Shown: piece after piece, positions 1 to 12,350 of the stretch
Layout of the letters: each line of letters opens with the position of its first letter
How positions within the stretch are numbered: position 1 is the first letter of the stretch
Source of the DNA: the human T2T-CHM13v2.0 reference genome, Homo sapiens
Assembly: GCF_009914755.1 (NCBI RefSeq)
Contig: NC_060937.1
DNA: 64,000 nt
Strand: one strand, 5' to 3'
The notes under the pieces: generated by a model
What the model saw: the letters and a program-made list of their open reading frames with translations, nothing else
Databases searched by the model: none
Told to the model about the DNA's origin: nothing
Position numbers and translations under genes: made by a program

Positions 1-204
1 TATACTGGTATTTCTCATCCCTGTGGTATGGGGGGAGAATGCTTATTCCCAAAAGATAGTGATGGAAGATTTCTTAGAATTAAGGACAAGTTGTTAAAAT
101 TCACTTTTCAATTTTTAATTGAGTCATCTCTATAAGGAAGAGTCATATAATATTGGAATTACAACAGTGCTTTCCAGTCCTTAGGCATTTTGACACATCT
201 GAAG

Positions 205-478
205 AACCTGACTTAGGGGCAGGCCCAGCAATCTGTGTTTTAATAAGCCCTCCAGGTGATTCTGATGCACATGAGAATATAAGAATAACAGTTCCAAATC
301 AATGACACATAAATTTAACCACATCTTAGAATCACCTTGGGGAGATTTTAAAATGCCCATACCTGGGTCTCATGCGCAGACATTCTGATTTAATTAGCCA
401 AGAGTGGAGCCTGAACATAAGGAATTTTTGAAGTCCCCAGGTGATTCTTCTGTGCATCCATATTTAAAAGCTACTGCT
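205..478. mobile_element. Two adjacent MER5-family (hAT-Charlie) MITE relics (MER5A 3' half, then MER5B-like copy)
   Basis: GGCCCAGCAATCTGTGTTTTAATAAGCCCTCCAGGTGATTCTGATGCAC and AGAATCACCTTGGGGAG...CCCCAGGTGATTCT match recalled MER5A/B motifs. Confidence 0.8.
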
Positions 479-904
479 GTACAACATCATCAGGATTTGC
501 TACCTAACTGGTGTGTCTGTCCTTACTATTATTTCCCTGTGAAATTTCACCTATACTTTATCTCCATTCTTATTCATACAATAATGATTCCCTGGTCTAT
601 AAATCTTCCCCACATTGTAGGGTCTTTATGAGAATGCTTCTACCAGCATGTATTGCAGATACGTCAGGTTGAACACATTCAAAACTAAACATGTCTCCCT
701 GCAATATGCTCCCTCCCCAGAGGCTGTCTGGGGCACCGTTGGTGAGTTCAGGCTCTGGACAGAGCTGCCTCACTCCTCAGCTCCAGAGACAACGTTCACG
801 TCACCATCTCTGTGGATGGCACCTCTGGTGCTGGCTGCACTGAGACAATCTGAAGCATGGGGGCTCTGCCCTGTTCTGCTGTGTTTGAACAGTGCAGGAC
901 AAAG

Positions 905-1045
905 GGGAACTGACTTAAACTCTTGTGCCTCAGTTTCCTCCCCTTTGAAATGGAAATAATAAAACCTACTCCTAGGGTTATGCTGATGATCAAAAGAACT
1001 GATTCATGTGGAACAGCACTGGCATGGAGCAAACAATCAACTGTA
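905..1045 (+). mobile_element. MIR SINE fragment
   Basis: MIR core GCCTCAGTTTCCTC...AAATGG...AATAATAAAACCTAC...AGGGTT. Confidence 0.8.
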
Positions 1046-1574
1046 AACAGATGTGGTGGAAATAGATCAGAGCCATTGTTAAAAGTAAGAAAGTGAAACG
1101 CCCAAGATATTGTCAGGGCAGTAGTTATCACCTCCTTAGACTAATGCTACCACAATTTACAAAAGCCATTGCCTATCCGTTCCTTTTTTTTACTTTCTTT
1201 ATTCATTCAATAATTCCTTTGAGCTCATCTCCCTAATTTTTCTGTATGCATCTTCCCCTCCTTTCTCTTGCCACAGAGATATTTCAGGACTTACGTTTTC
1301 TTCTTTAATTGAAATGGTGGCTTCTGTTCTGATCTATCTATGTCCACCCCATCTGCTTGCAATCTTTCCCTCAGATTGCCAGCAGAGAATCCCTCTTAAG
1401 AGCAAATAACACTCAAAATAAAACACCCATCAGATTCCTTCTTTGACTAAAATACATCCACATCTCCCAGCTGCCTGCAGTTAGAGCCCCATCCTTTATA
1501 AAGCCAGGGTGACCTGTAACCACATGTGACTAATCACACAGGGTCACCATTGTTGTCTTCCTTGTTGGCCTCAG

Positions 1575-1690
1575 CATTAGATCATTTGCATCTTGAAGAG
1601 AGTGGTTGCATCTCTTTCATCTCTAAAGTCTCAGTGACTGAACAGTGTCTTGTGTACAGAGGTGTTCCGTAAATTCTTGAATGAATGGAA
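1575..1690 (+). mobile_element. L2 3' end fragment
   Basis: Degenerate L2 tail ending TAAATTCTTGAATGAATG. Confidence 0.55.
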
Positions 1691-1787
1691 GAAAAGAAGA
1701 TTCACATGCTGGCTTGCTGGAGGAATGGAGGTATCAATGGATAGAGGGGGTCATGGAGGATGGTGGAGTCATAATACAGTTTAATGT

Positions 1788-2077
1788 GGCCAGGCATCAT
1801 GGTGAATGCCTGTAATTCCAGCATTTGGGGAGGCTGAGGAGGGAGGATCTCTTGAGCCCAGGAGTTCAAGACCAACCTGGGCAACATAGCAAGACCCTGT
1901 CTTTATAAAAAGTACAAAAAATTACATGATGAATGCCTATAGTCCCAACTACTCTGGCGGCTAAAGCATGAGGATTGCTTGAGCCCAGGGAATTCAAGGC
2001 TGCAGTGAGGTATGATTGTGTACTGCACTCTGGCCTGAATGACAAAGCGAGACGCTGTCTTTAACAACAAAAACAAA
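1788..2077 (+). mobile_element. AluJ SINE
   Basis: Dimeric Alu with J-type TTGAGCCCAGGAGTTCAAG and AGGCTGCAGTGAG; TSD AATA(C/T)AGTTTAATGT on both sides. Confidence 0.95.
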
Positions 2078-2573
2078 AATATAGTTTAATGTAAACTATT
2101 GCTCATATTTTAATGCTATTAATTACCAGAAATATCATATATAAGAAATAACATTAGCAGAAACATAATTGACTACATAGAAAGCATACGGAGTATATAT
2201 TGTGGTCAGATAAAATAAAATAAAGAAATTATCTTGTCTGTTTCACTGTTCAGAAGACAGGATCGATTAAGTACTCAGATGGATACATAGATAGATCCAA
2301 GGGTAAATGAGCTAAAATATTCTTATTATTAGGAAAATCAGGTTTAATTCTGGCCTAACGGGAAGCCTCTAATTTTCCTGAGTGAATAGTATTACACTGT
2401 TTTATAAGCCTGTCTTTCAATATGTGTAAAGAATATAATTAAAAAGAAATGAAAGTTTTCTTTGTGTTATCAATTCAGAAATGATTCAGCCAGTTCTGTG
2501 CTATTGTGTTTTTTTTCTTTGTCCATTTCCCTGTAAAGCTATCTTAAGATATTTTATTGATATTTCCAGATTA

Positions 2574-2617
2574 TTCATTTCAGGAAGTTTAGGACTTCAT
2601 TTCAAGAAGTTTAGGAC
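2574..2617 (+). repeat. 22-bp tandem duplication (1 mismatch)
   Basis: TTCATTTCAGGAAGTTTAGGAC followed directly by TTCATTTCAAGAAGTTTAGGAC. Confidence 0.9.
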
Positions 2618-3369
2618 ATCTTGACTCATCCTGGGGAGGCTGAAATTATGGAAAAAGTAAAATACAGTTCCACTGGCTCAATTTCTCTAGTGTGGTGAAA
2701 TCACATCAAGCTCTCCCTGAGCAGACCTGGCCACAGAAGGCACACTGAGGGCTGCAGGAGGCATCCTCCTGCATATGGCTGAATTTTACCTCCTGCAGTT
2801 TTTACCAGTCATCAGTTCTTGCAAGGCTGACGAACATCATATTGGGAGTGGCTACAGTCATGGAGTTTTCACTGCTGCCTCATTACCCTGCCTTTCCTAC
2901 CTCCACTTTGAACCTAAAAATAACTTTGGAGAAGAGGAGTAAATTACAGAAGTAATTTATAAATCTAGACTTTGGTTGCAAAATCCGTCCTGGACTTTCG
3001 ATTCTGCATATAAACACTGCTGGTTAAAGTAGAACATCCGAACCCACTCACAGAGACCATTCACATCGAAAACACGCAAAGGCCCGTGTTACATGAGGGT
3101 GTTCACGTAATATGACTATGGTTCTGGGAGTACTTTGCAAGGTGGATTTCATAGTCATATCCTGTGTGGTATTCACAATACTTAACAGTAAGTGTGACAT
3201 GGCTACTGACCACTCACAGACTCACGATCCACCAGCATAAACTTGAGCTGTAAACACCAACTATAGCTACAAGATGTAAATCAGTGCACGATCAGCTGTG
3301 TTTATATCCAATTCCTGGATTAGAGGTTTTAAACTCTGCTGCACGTTAGAATCATCTGGGAACTTTAGA

Positions 3370-3550
3370 TGATAATGATGTGCCAATGTATGTTCATTGA
3401 TCGTAACAAATATACCGCTCTGGTGTAAGATGTTGATAGAGAGGCTGCACATGTTTGAGAGCGGGGTCAGATATGGAAATTCTGTGTACTTTCTGCCCAG
3501 CTTTGCTGTGGATTTCAAACTGCTCTTAAAAAAATGAAGACTATTAAAAA
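3370..3550 (+). mobile_element. L1MC-type LINE 3' end (preceded by a short MER5 terminus at ~3321-3369)
   Basis: GTTCATTGATCGTAACAAATATACC...GATGTTGATA...TTTGCTGTG...AAACTGCTCTTAAAAAAA matches L1MC 3' UTR. Confidence 0.8.
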
Positions 3551-3705
3551 GAAAAGGACTGGTTATATTTGGACTTAATATTGGTTGTGACATGGATATG
3601 GGATTTTGGAGAGTGCTCAAGTAATTCTATAAGGCATAAAAATTTTAGAACTTTGTGTTGGATGAATTGAATTTTTAACACTATTAGGCTTCTTTTTAAC
3701 TGCAG

Positions 3706-3758
3706 AGGGATGCCAATCATCATCATGCTTTACTGGTTTCACAGTTTAAAAAACACAG
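3706..3758 (+). other. Candidate internal exon (53 nt), probably non-coding
   Basis: Acceptor CTTCTTTTTAACTGCAG| and consensus donor CAG|GTGAGT in unique sequence; no recognisable protein. Confidence 0.45.
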
Positions 3759-5177
3759 GTGAGTATTGATATAGGACGTGCAATTGCAGTCAATATTCAA
3801 ATGTATAGCTCAAGAGTGTGCACCTTCAAATTCTAAGTTTATTCCAGACCTTGAAGAGTTAATTGATGCATCGCTAAGTCAATCAATTTCCTTCTCTGTC
3901 CTATCTGCCTTTGTAACAAAAGGAAATTCACATAAATTGAATACGCTTTCTTATAGGTTTCCTGTCATTCAATGTGTTTAGCTAACGTTCTAGTGCAGAA
4001 AATTTCTCCGCTGGTTGGAAAGTTGAACTTGACTTTTTGCATTTCTAAAAATGCTCAAATTCTATGATAGGTATTTTTTTCTTAATGACACCTAAAGTTT
4101 AAAGTAAAAAATCAAAACTGACAAACGAGAAAATAAAATACTATGCATGGTGAAAAAATAAATAAATAAATAAGTTTAAATGTGTTACGCTACACTAAAA
4201 TAAACAGTACAGTTGGAAAAGATTAATTCATTGAGTTGAATGAAATACAGGTAAAAATAGCAAAGTTCTCATCTTTGAAGAAAAATAATAAATGCAATTA
4301 CTTCAAAACTTGGTATGTTTATGAAAATACAATTTATATCCTATTGATGTATCATCTAAAAATAAATAATAACAATTGCTATCAAGACTGAAATATTGTA
4401 GAAAGGAGAATTACTTCTCCAAAAGCTATGGAAAACTCAGAATTCATAGTGTGACTACAAACTCAGTAAGTGCCCAATAAATATTTGCTGAAGATTTAAG
4501 AATTATAACAGGGTGACTTGAGATATACCAGTGCTAACCACTAACAGGAATGAAATGAGTACACATAACAATAGTTTTTTTTTTTTTTTCTATTCCTGAC
4601 TATATAGTGTAGGAAATTTCAATAAAATAGCAAGTGTTTCCTAACCTAGAGAGAGTTTATTTCTACTGCCTTTTTTGAAGGCTCATTCATTTGTAGCTTT
4701 TGTTCTTAACAAAGAGAACTGTACACTGACACAACTGACTTTCTAAAAAGTTAGAAAAGAATAATGGGCGATGTGAATACAACAAAAATTGCAAGGTACC
4801 TGCAGTCAATAGTATCAATAACGAAGAGGTGCAATGGTGACTGTATTAAAGAGCTGGGTGATTTGAATTATTAACAATCCACAAGTCTTGCCAATTCAAG
4901 GTGCAATTGCTCATGAGAAATGCACTTATATTCCTCCCACATTAAGAGCCTCACTTATGTATATATTTATAAAGCTGCTGTATGTGAGGTACAGAAATGT
5001 CAAGGAATCCTATTGGATCTGTGAAATATTTTAGCCATAATTTACAAATGCAGCGAATCCTGTGTCTAAACTTCTCCAGCTATCCCGTCCCAGCATGCCC
5101 CATCCCATTTTACTACACATAATCTGTCATTCTGCCCCTCTTCTTTCTTCTTTTTTCTGTGCCCTTCATTCCACCCC

Positions 5178-5178
<1 letters not shown>

Positions 5179-5218
<40 letters not shown>
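5179..5218. repeat. (AC)20 microsatellite
   Basis: Pure AC run. Confidence 0.98.
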
Positions 5219-5220
<2 letters not shown>

Positions 5221-5649
5221 TTTGTAACCTAGAAGTCGATATTTGTCACGTTCAGAACTGTGGCATTTAGACAACTCCATTCATGTCCTGCCACAAACTG
5301 GGAAGAGGTTGACTAATATTTGTACTTTCTTGGGCATTAATAATTATGAAAGGGTGCACAGAAAAATGCAGATCAATTATTAAATGACTGATGAAGACAA
5401 AATAAAAACTTACTTTGGTATCATGAGATATGTCTAATTGTTCCATGCTTCTCATGAAATCATATTGAAGAGAGAAAACCAAGTCTCCTTTGCTCTTTCT
5501 CTGAGAGGATAGGGATTATCCATTACCCCAGAGGGCTTCAGCAAATATAATTCACTTTCTACCAGCAGTTCCATCTCTTTCTATTCATTTCATTTTTGCA
5601 AATGGATTAATAAAGTTAAATAAAACATATTTTTTTAGGCCAAGCTCAT

Positions 5650-6016
5650 CAAACTAGGCAAACTATAGCCTGTGGGCCCAAAGGAACCAATGGCCCATCC
5701 TTCTGTTCTGCCCTCAAGCTAAGAATGGCTGATACAGATGAACATTTACAGTTGATTTGTGATGGGAACACTAACTTTAACTCCAGTGAAGAAAACGATA
5801 TTCCCCTTAAGAAAAGAATCCCATTCTTCCATAAGACCTGCATTACAAAAATGTGTGCTCTATCATTATATTCTGAATTTCATCAATGAAAACTGCATGC
5901 AGATATGTTTCCTTGCTTGTTCTGTAAGGACCTGCAAAACATCCCTGATGCTGCCCTTGGCCAACAAAGCCTAAACTATTTCCTCTCTGGCCCTTGACAG
6001 AGTTTGCGGAGCTGTG
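5650..6016 (+). mobile_element. MER58B (hAT-Charlie) MITE
   Basis: Left end GGCAAACTATAGCCTGTGGGCC; internal GCTAAGAATGG...GATGAACATTT...GGGAACACTAACTTT; right end AAAGCCTAAA...CTGGCCCTTGACAG...GTTTGC. Confidence 0.85.
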
Positions 6017-6104
6017 ATTTAGATAACCAGTATTTTCTTGGAAGGTAAAACCAGTATTTCAAAAGACCAGGACTCCCCAAAATACACGTGGAAAACGATG
6101 CTGA

Positions 6105-6469
6105 TGCCCCTGCCCGCCGCCCCCTAAAATCCCACTCTGCCCCCGCTTCCTCCCTCCTGGCGTCTAAAGCAGGCTGGCAGGCAGGTCTCATCTGCGTCCT
6201 GACACTCAGATAATTGCTCTACTCTCCCCCACACAGTAACTCTCTCATTCCCATCAGTAAAAACCTCAGTCCCCCGCAACAGTCAGAACTCCCAGAACCC
6301 CTGCCTGCCTCAGGCTGTGCTCCCTGCCTCTCTGCCCGCCCACCCTGTGCCTCCCTGCCCTCCAAGGTGGAGGTGGGGTTGGGGAAGAAAAGGAAAAAAG
6401 GGAAAAGTCGTTATTTAGCAGTCGCTGGTGCAATCAAGCAGCTTCCAGAGGCAGCAACAAATGGTAAGT
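6105..6469 (+). promoter_or_regulatory. Candidate promoter/first exon ending at a strong donor
   Basis: C-rich GC-box-like tracts (CCCGCCGCCCCC, CCCCCGCTTCC, CCCGCCCACCC), then ATG|GTAAGT at 6461-6469. Confidence 0.35.
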
Positions 6470-7015
6470 AACTCTTTGGTGTGTTTGAGGGGTTTGTCCA
6501 AGGCTAACCCCTATTTCCAGGAATCTCTCTCCTGAAGTCCCCTTAAATCACATCACTATGTTTTCACCTACCTGCAGCCATGCCCTTCCTTCTTTCAGCC
6601 CTGCCGTGCTGAGCTCCTCTTGGGAATGGATGGGAGGCACCCCCAGTCTGTCTGAGGACACCATCTAAGCCGGCCACTTCCCAGAGGCAGACTCTCCTGG
6701 AGGCATGGACACCCTCAGCAGCTCTAGCCAGGGGCCCTTTTGATAGAAGTGGTTCAGACACTTTTGCACTGTGCCCCTAAGCTGCAGGGACCCAAACCAA
6801 GCCTTCCAACTGGTGCATGCTCAGTCTCAAACACACAGAGCTTGTCTCATCTTGCGACACCTCCATTGCTGCTCTCCTGCAGGGACAGTCCACTCTGTCT
6901 TTCAAAGCCAGGTGGTGTTTGCATTCTTCGCTCTATAGCAATTCCACTCACACAAGTCTGCTTCATGTTATTCCATTTATTCCTTATTTGTTTACTTGTT
7001 TATTATTTATCTCTC

Positions 7016-7407
7016 TGTTATGGGCCAAATTTGTGTCCCTGAAAAATTCATATGATCTCACACCCAGTACCTCAGACTGTGACTGTGTTTGGAGATAGGT
7101 CCTTTGGAGAGGGAATTGGGGTAAAATGAGGTCATATGTGTAGCCCCTCTTCCAATACGACTGGTGTCCTTCTATGAAGAGATTAGCACACACATAAGCA
7201 CATGGACATACACTCATAGAGGGAGGACCATGTGAAGACACAAGGGGAAGACAGCCATCTACAAGTCCAAGAGAGAGGCCTCAGATGAAGCAACCCTGCT
7301 GACACCTTGATCTCAAACTTCTGGCCTCCAGAATTGTAAAAAATAAAATTCTGTTATTTAAACCACCCAGTCTGCAGTGCTATGGCAGCCCTAGCAACCA
7401 ATTATAC
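7016..7407 (+). mobile_element. MLT1B-like MaLR solo LTR inserted into an L2 3' end
   Basis: Starts TGTTATGGG; internal CCCAGTACCTCAG, GAGAGGCCTCAG, CCTCCAGAATTGT, AATAAA; ends GGCAGCCCTAGCAA...TAC; L2 tail text resumes after it (TAGAATATAAGCTCC). Confidence 0.9.
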
Positions 7408-8199
7408 TTCCCCGTTAGAATATAAGCTCCACAAAGTGTGCAGTTTGGGCGCCTGGGGCAGAGTTGAATGGATGGATGGCTGAAGGTAGCCCTGCATCTA
7501 TATGTCCTAACGTGAATTTTTCTGGAGAACTTGCAGAATCACAGTGATGACAACAGTAGTCTTGATATCCCTAAATGCTAACTTTTGGGTTTTGTGCATT
7601 TATTGTTTCCATTTTTTTTTAAAGAAATACTGAGTTATGTATCGGTTTTACCATCTCGTGTTGCAAATGCAAAGTTAAACTACAGATGAATAACAAGATT
7701 TGCACAAGTTCATATAATTAAGTAGCAACACAGGTAGTACTAGAATCTGGAGGTCTTGACTTTGATTCTAGAGACATTCCTCTAGCCCTTTCTTGTCCCT
7801 CTTTGGCTTTACAAGTAGAAGAAAAAAAGTGGTTAGTAAAGATTGCTGAAGCATTAAGAATTTTGTAGTGTACACTTTGACCAGTCGTAATTCAGCACAG
7901 ATAAGAATATCGGTTCAAACTCTGCATCCGAGTATTTGAGGACCTCCATGCTGTGGCCCCACCAGCTGGCCAGCTTTGTTTCTCACCATCTCAGTATTTT
8001 CCAAATCAGGACATCAGCACACTTGACTCCTTGCTCCCTCCTCAAGCACGAGCTGAGCTCTGTCCAGCCAGCCCTTTCTCTTCCAACAGCTGCGATGCCC
8101 TTCTCAGGCTGCTTGCTGGCCTTCAGGCCTCTCAGATTGCTCCTTCATGAAGCCCCCACCATGGCTCCCCTGTGATGTCAGGGCCTCTCCACTCCTGCA

Positions 8200-8365
8200 C
8201 TTCCTGGTGGGACTGCTCCCACCATGTTTTAGGATTCATTTACATGATTTGCATTCATCATATGTGTTCAAGTAACTTTTTCTTGTCTCTTAAACCAAGA
8301 GAGAAGCTCTAGGAGATCATGGACTTGTCTTCTATTTCTTTGTCTTCACAACTCTGCCTGGTATT
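8200..8365 (+). mobile_element. L2 fragment
   Basis: Degenerate L2 3' motifs (AGAAGCTCTAGGAG...GACTTGTCTT...TTTGT...TGCCTGG). Confidence 0.45.
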
Positions 8366-9406
8366 ATGACTCACCTCTCAGTGACCAACGAACTGGCTGC
8401 TTCGTTTCAGTTCTACTCACATGTCAGTGACACACGTTATTCTGTTGGTATGTGGTGCTGGATGATAATCCTCAGTCTCTCCATTGTGGTCACTGTGCAT
8501 AGAATTAGAATCTAATCATTATCATTTTCAGTGGTTGCTATCGATGATGATATTTGACTGGCATCTTCTAAATGAGAAGACTGTTAAAGTCAGACTAAAA
8601 ATACAAATATGTTTTGAGGCTAAGATAATAATGATGAGAAATTGAGAGATATAATTTCTGATAGAATCATTAGGGGTGACATGAAAATGAACTTGATCTT
8701 ATCAAGATAAATATTTTTCCAATATAGTGATCGGATCATGGGTAATTAGATCAATTATTCCTATATGTTTACACACAATGACTCCCCTAAACACTCATCC
8801 ATCTCAGTTTTATAAATACAATTTTAAATGGCTTTAGATAAGTTCTTTTAGCCTCCAAGCAGTGACAAATAAATCATGAGATGTTCCTATGAGCTACAGG
8901 CATTTTATAATCACCTCCAAGCAATTTCTTATAATGTTGCTGTTATTTTTATGTCATCATTGAGCCAGATTCTTATTCTTGCTGAAGTACTTGGAGAATT
9001 CTAATCTTTATTATCATAAAAAAAAAAAGCTTTGCTGATTTCCTAGTAATTTGTCTTTAAGATATTTCCCTAGGTTGTGTTATGCAGAAAAGTAATTATT
9101 GTGCATATTATTTAAATTTAATTTAAATCCTTACTTCATGTTGACATTATAACTTGAAAAGGCAGTTGAAATAAAGAAAAATGTAATTCCTTTCCCTGTG
9201 AAGTGTAAAATTTAGCTATATTGATTTGAAATCTTAACTGTCTCTGCTTCTGGATGTTTTCATTCCAGACTGCATAGATATGGATAAGGAATAATTTTAA
9301 ATCTGCTCGTAATCAGCTCTTTTCCTTTCCATTCACAGTGATGTCATTTTTATCACTGAGGTAGAGGGAATCTTCCAGTAGATATCCTGGGATACAGATG
9401 AGATGG

Positions 9407-9515
9407 GTCATGATCAACAAAACCATAAAAAACCTAAACAATCTGTGTCAAGTGCAACTTTGTCATGATCAACAAAACCATAAAAAACCTAAACAACCTA
9501 TGTAAAGAGCAGCTA
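9407..9515 (+). repeat. 55-bp-period tandem duplication
   Basis: GTCATGATCAACAAAACCATAAAAAACCTAAACAA (35 nt) identical at 9407 and 9462. Confidence 0.92.
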
Positions 9516-9879
9516 CTTGGATCCCGAGGAAGAAGTGAATGTAACATGCTCCACTGTTTTTATGAACATCTGAACCTGAGCTCCAATAGCCACCTCTTGT
9601 TATCTCCTATGGGCGGCCACTGCCCTTAATAGGGTTTGAGTTCACTGGGTAGAACTATGAGGAAAGAGAAAGGAGTTTCAAATATGGGGGTATGGGTGAT
9701 ACAGTAAATAGAGATTTGAATTTGATTATGTAAGTAGTATATTTGGAGAAAAATTCTTTCTCAAGCCTTATCAACTTTACAGCTCATCTTTTTTTTTTTT
9801 CTGATGAGCTTTTTTATATATACACAGTAAGTCCTCACTTAACTCAATGGCTCACAGACCAACATATACAACCTAAAGC

Positions 9880-11298
<1,419 letters not shown>

Positions 11299-11599
11299 AA
11301 CACAAAGTAAAGAATATGTGTATGTACTGACTTGGAGGGCACGCTAAGATATGTTAAATGAAAAGTTTCATACAGGAGTATATATAGGGTGCTATATTTG
11401 GCATAAAAAAGAAAGGAAAATAAGAATGTTTGTTTGTATTTCTTGATTTTGCATAAAGGACAAGCAAAAAGTAATGAAAGGATTATTGATGCAGAGTGAG
11501 TGGGGACAGAAATGGGAGTGAGAATTTTCAGTGTGTGACTTCTTGTTTCATTTTAATTTTTACCATGTAAATATGCTATTTCAAAACAGTATAATCAAA

Positions 11600-12350
11600 A
11601 TATTGCTACAACTCAAATATCTATCAACTGATGATTGGATAAATAAAAGGTAATATAACCATTCAATGAGTGATCATTCAAAAATAAAAAGATGCCGGGT
11701 GCAGTGGCTCATGCCTGTAATCCCAGCACTTTGGGAGGCCATGGTGGGTAAATTACCTGAGGTCAGGAGTTTGAGACCAGCCTGGCCAACATGGTAAAAC
11801 CCCGTGTCTACTAAAAATACAAAACTTAGCTGGGTGTGGTGGCATATGCCTATAGTTCCGGCTACTCAGGAGGCTGAGGCATAAGAATCGCTTGAACCTC
11901 GGAGGCAGAGGTTGCAGTGGGCCAAGATCATGCCACTGCACTCCAGCCTGGGAGACAGAGCAAAACTCTGTCTCAAAAAAAAATAAAAAATAAAAATAAA
12001 TAAAGTACTGCTACCTGCTACAACATGGATGAACCTTGAAAACATTATACTAAGTGAAAAGAAGCCAGTCACAAATGGCCACATATTGTATGATTCAATT
12101 CATATGCAATGTCCAGAATAGGCAAATCCATAGAGACAAAAATTAGATCAGTGATGGCCACGTGCTCAAAGGGGATTGGCATAACTGCAAATAAATTTGA
12201 AGTTTGTTTTTAGAGTGATAAAAATGGTCTATAATCGGGTTGCAGTGATGATTGCATATATCTATAGATGAACTAAAAACCATTGAATCATACGCTTTAA
12301 ATGGCAAATGGTGTATTGTGTGGATTGTAATCTGAATAAGGTTGTTAAAA
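11600..12350 (+). mobile_element. L1MB-type LINE 3' UTR, interrupted by AluS
   Basis: GCTACAACATGGATGAACCTTGAAAACATTAT, ATGTCCAGAATAGGCAAATCCATAGAGACA, ACTAAAAACCATTGAAT. Confidence 0.85.
11693..12000 (+). mobile_element. AluS (Sx/Sz-like) SINE
   Basis: Full dimer with CCTGAGGTCAGGAGTT and GAATCGCTTGAACC; A-rich tail. Confidence 0.95.

Noticed and set aside
9407-9515. Repeat-spacer-repeat pattern as a CRISPR-like array
   Set aside because: Only two units, the spacers resemble each other, the context is eukaryotic and there are no cas genes.
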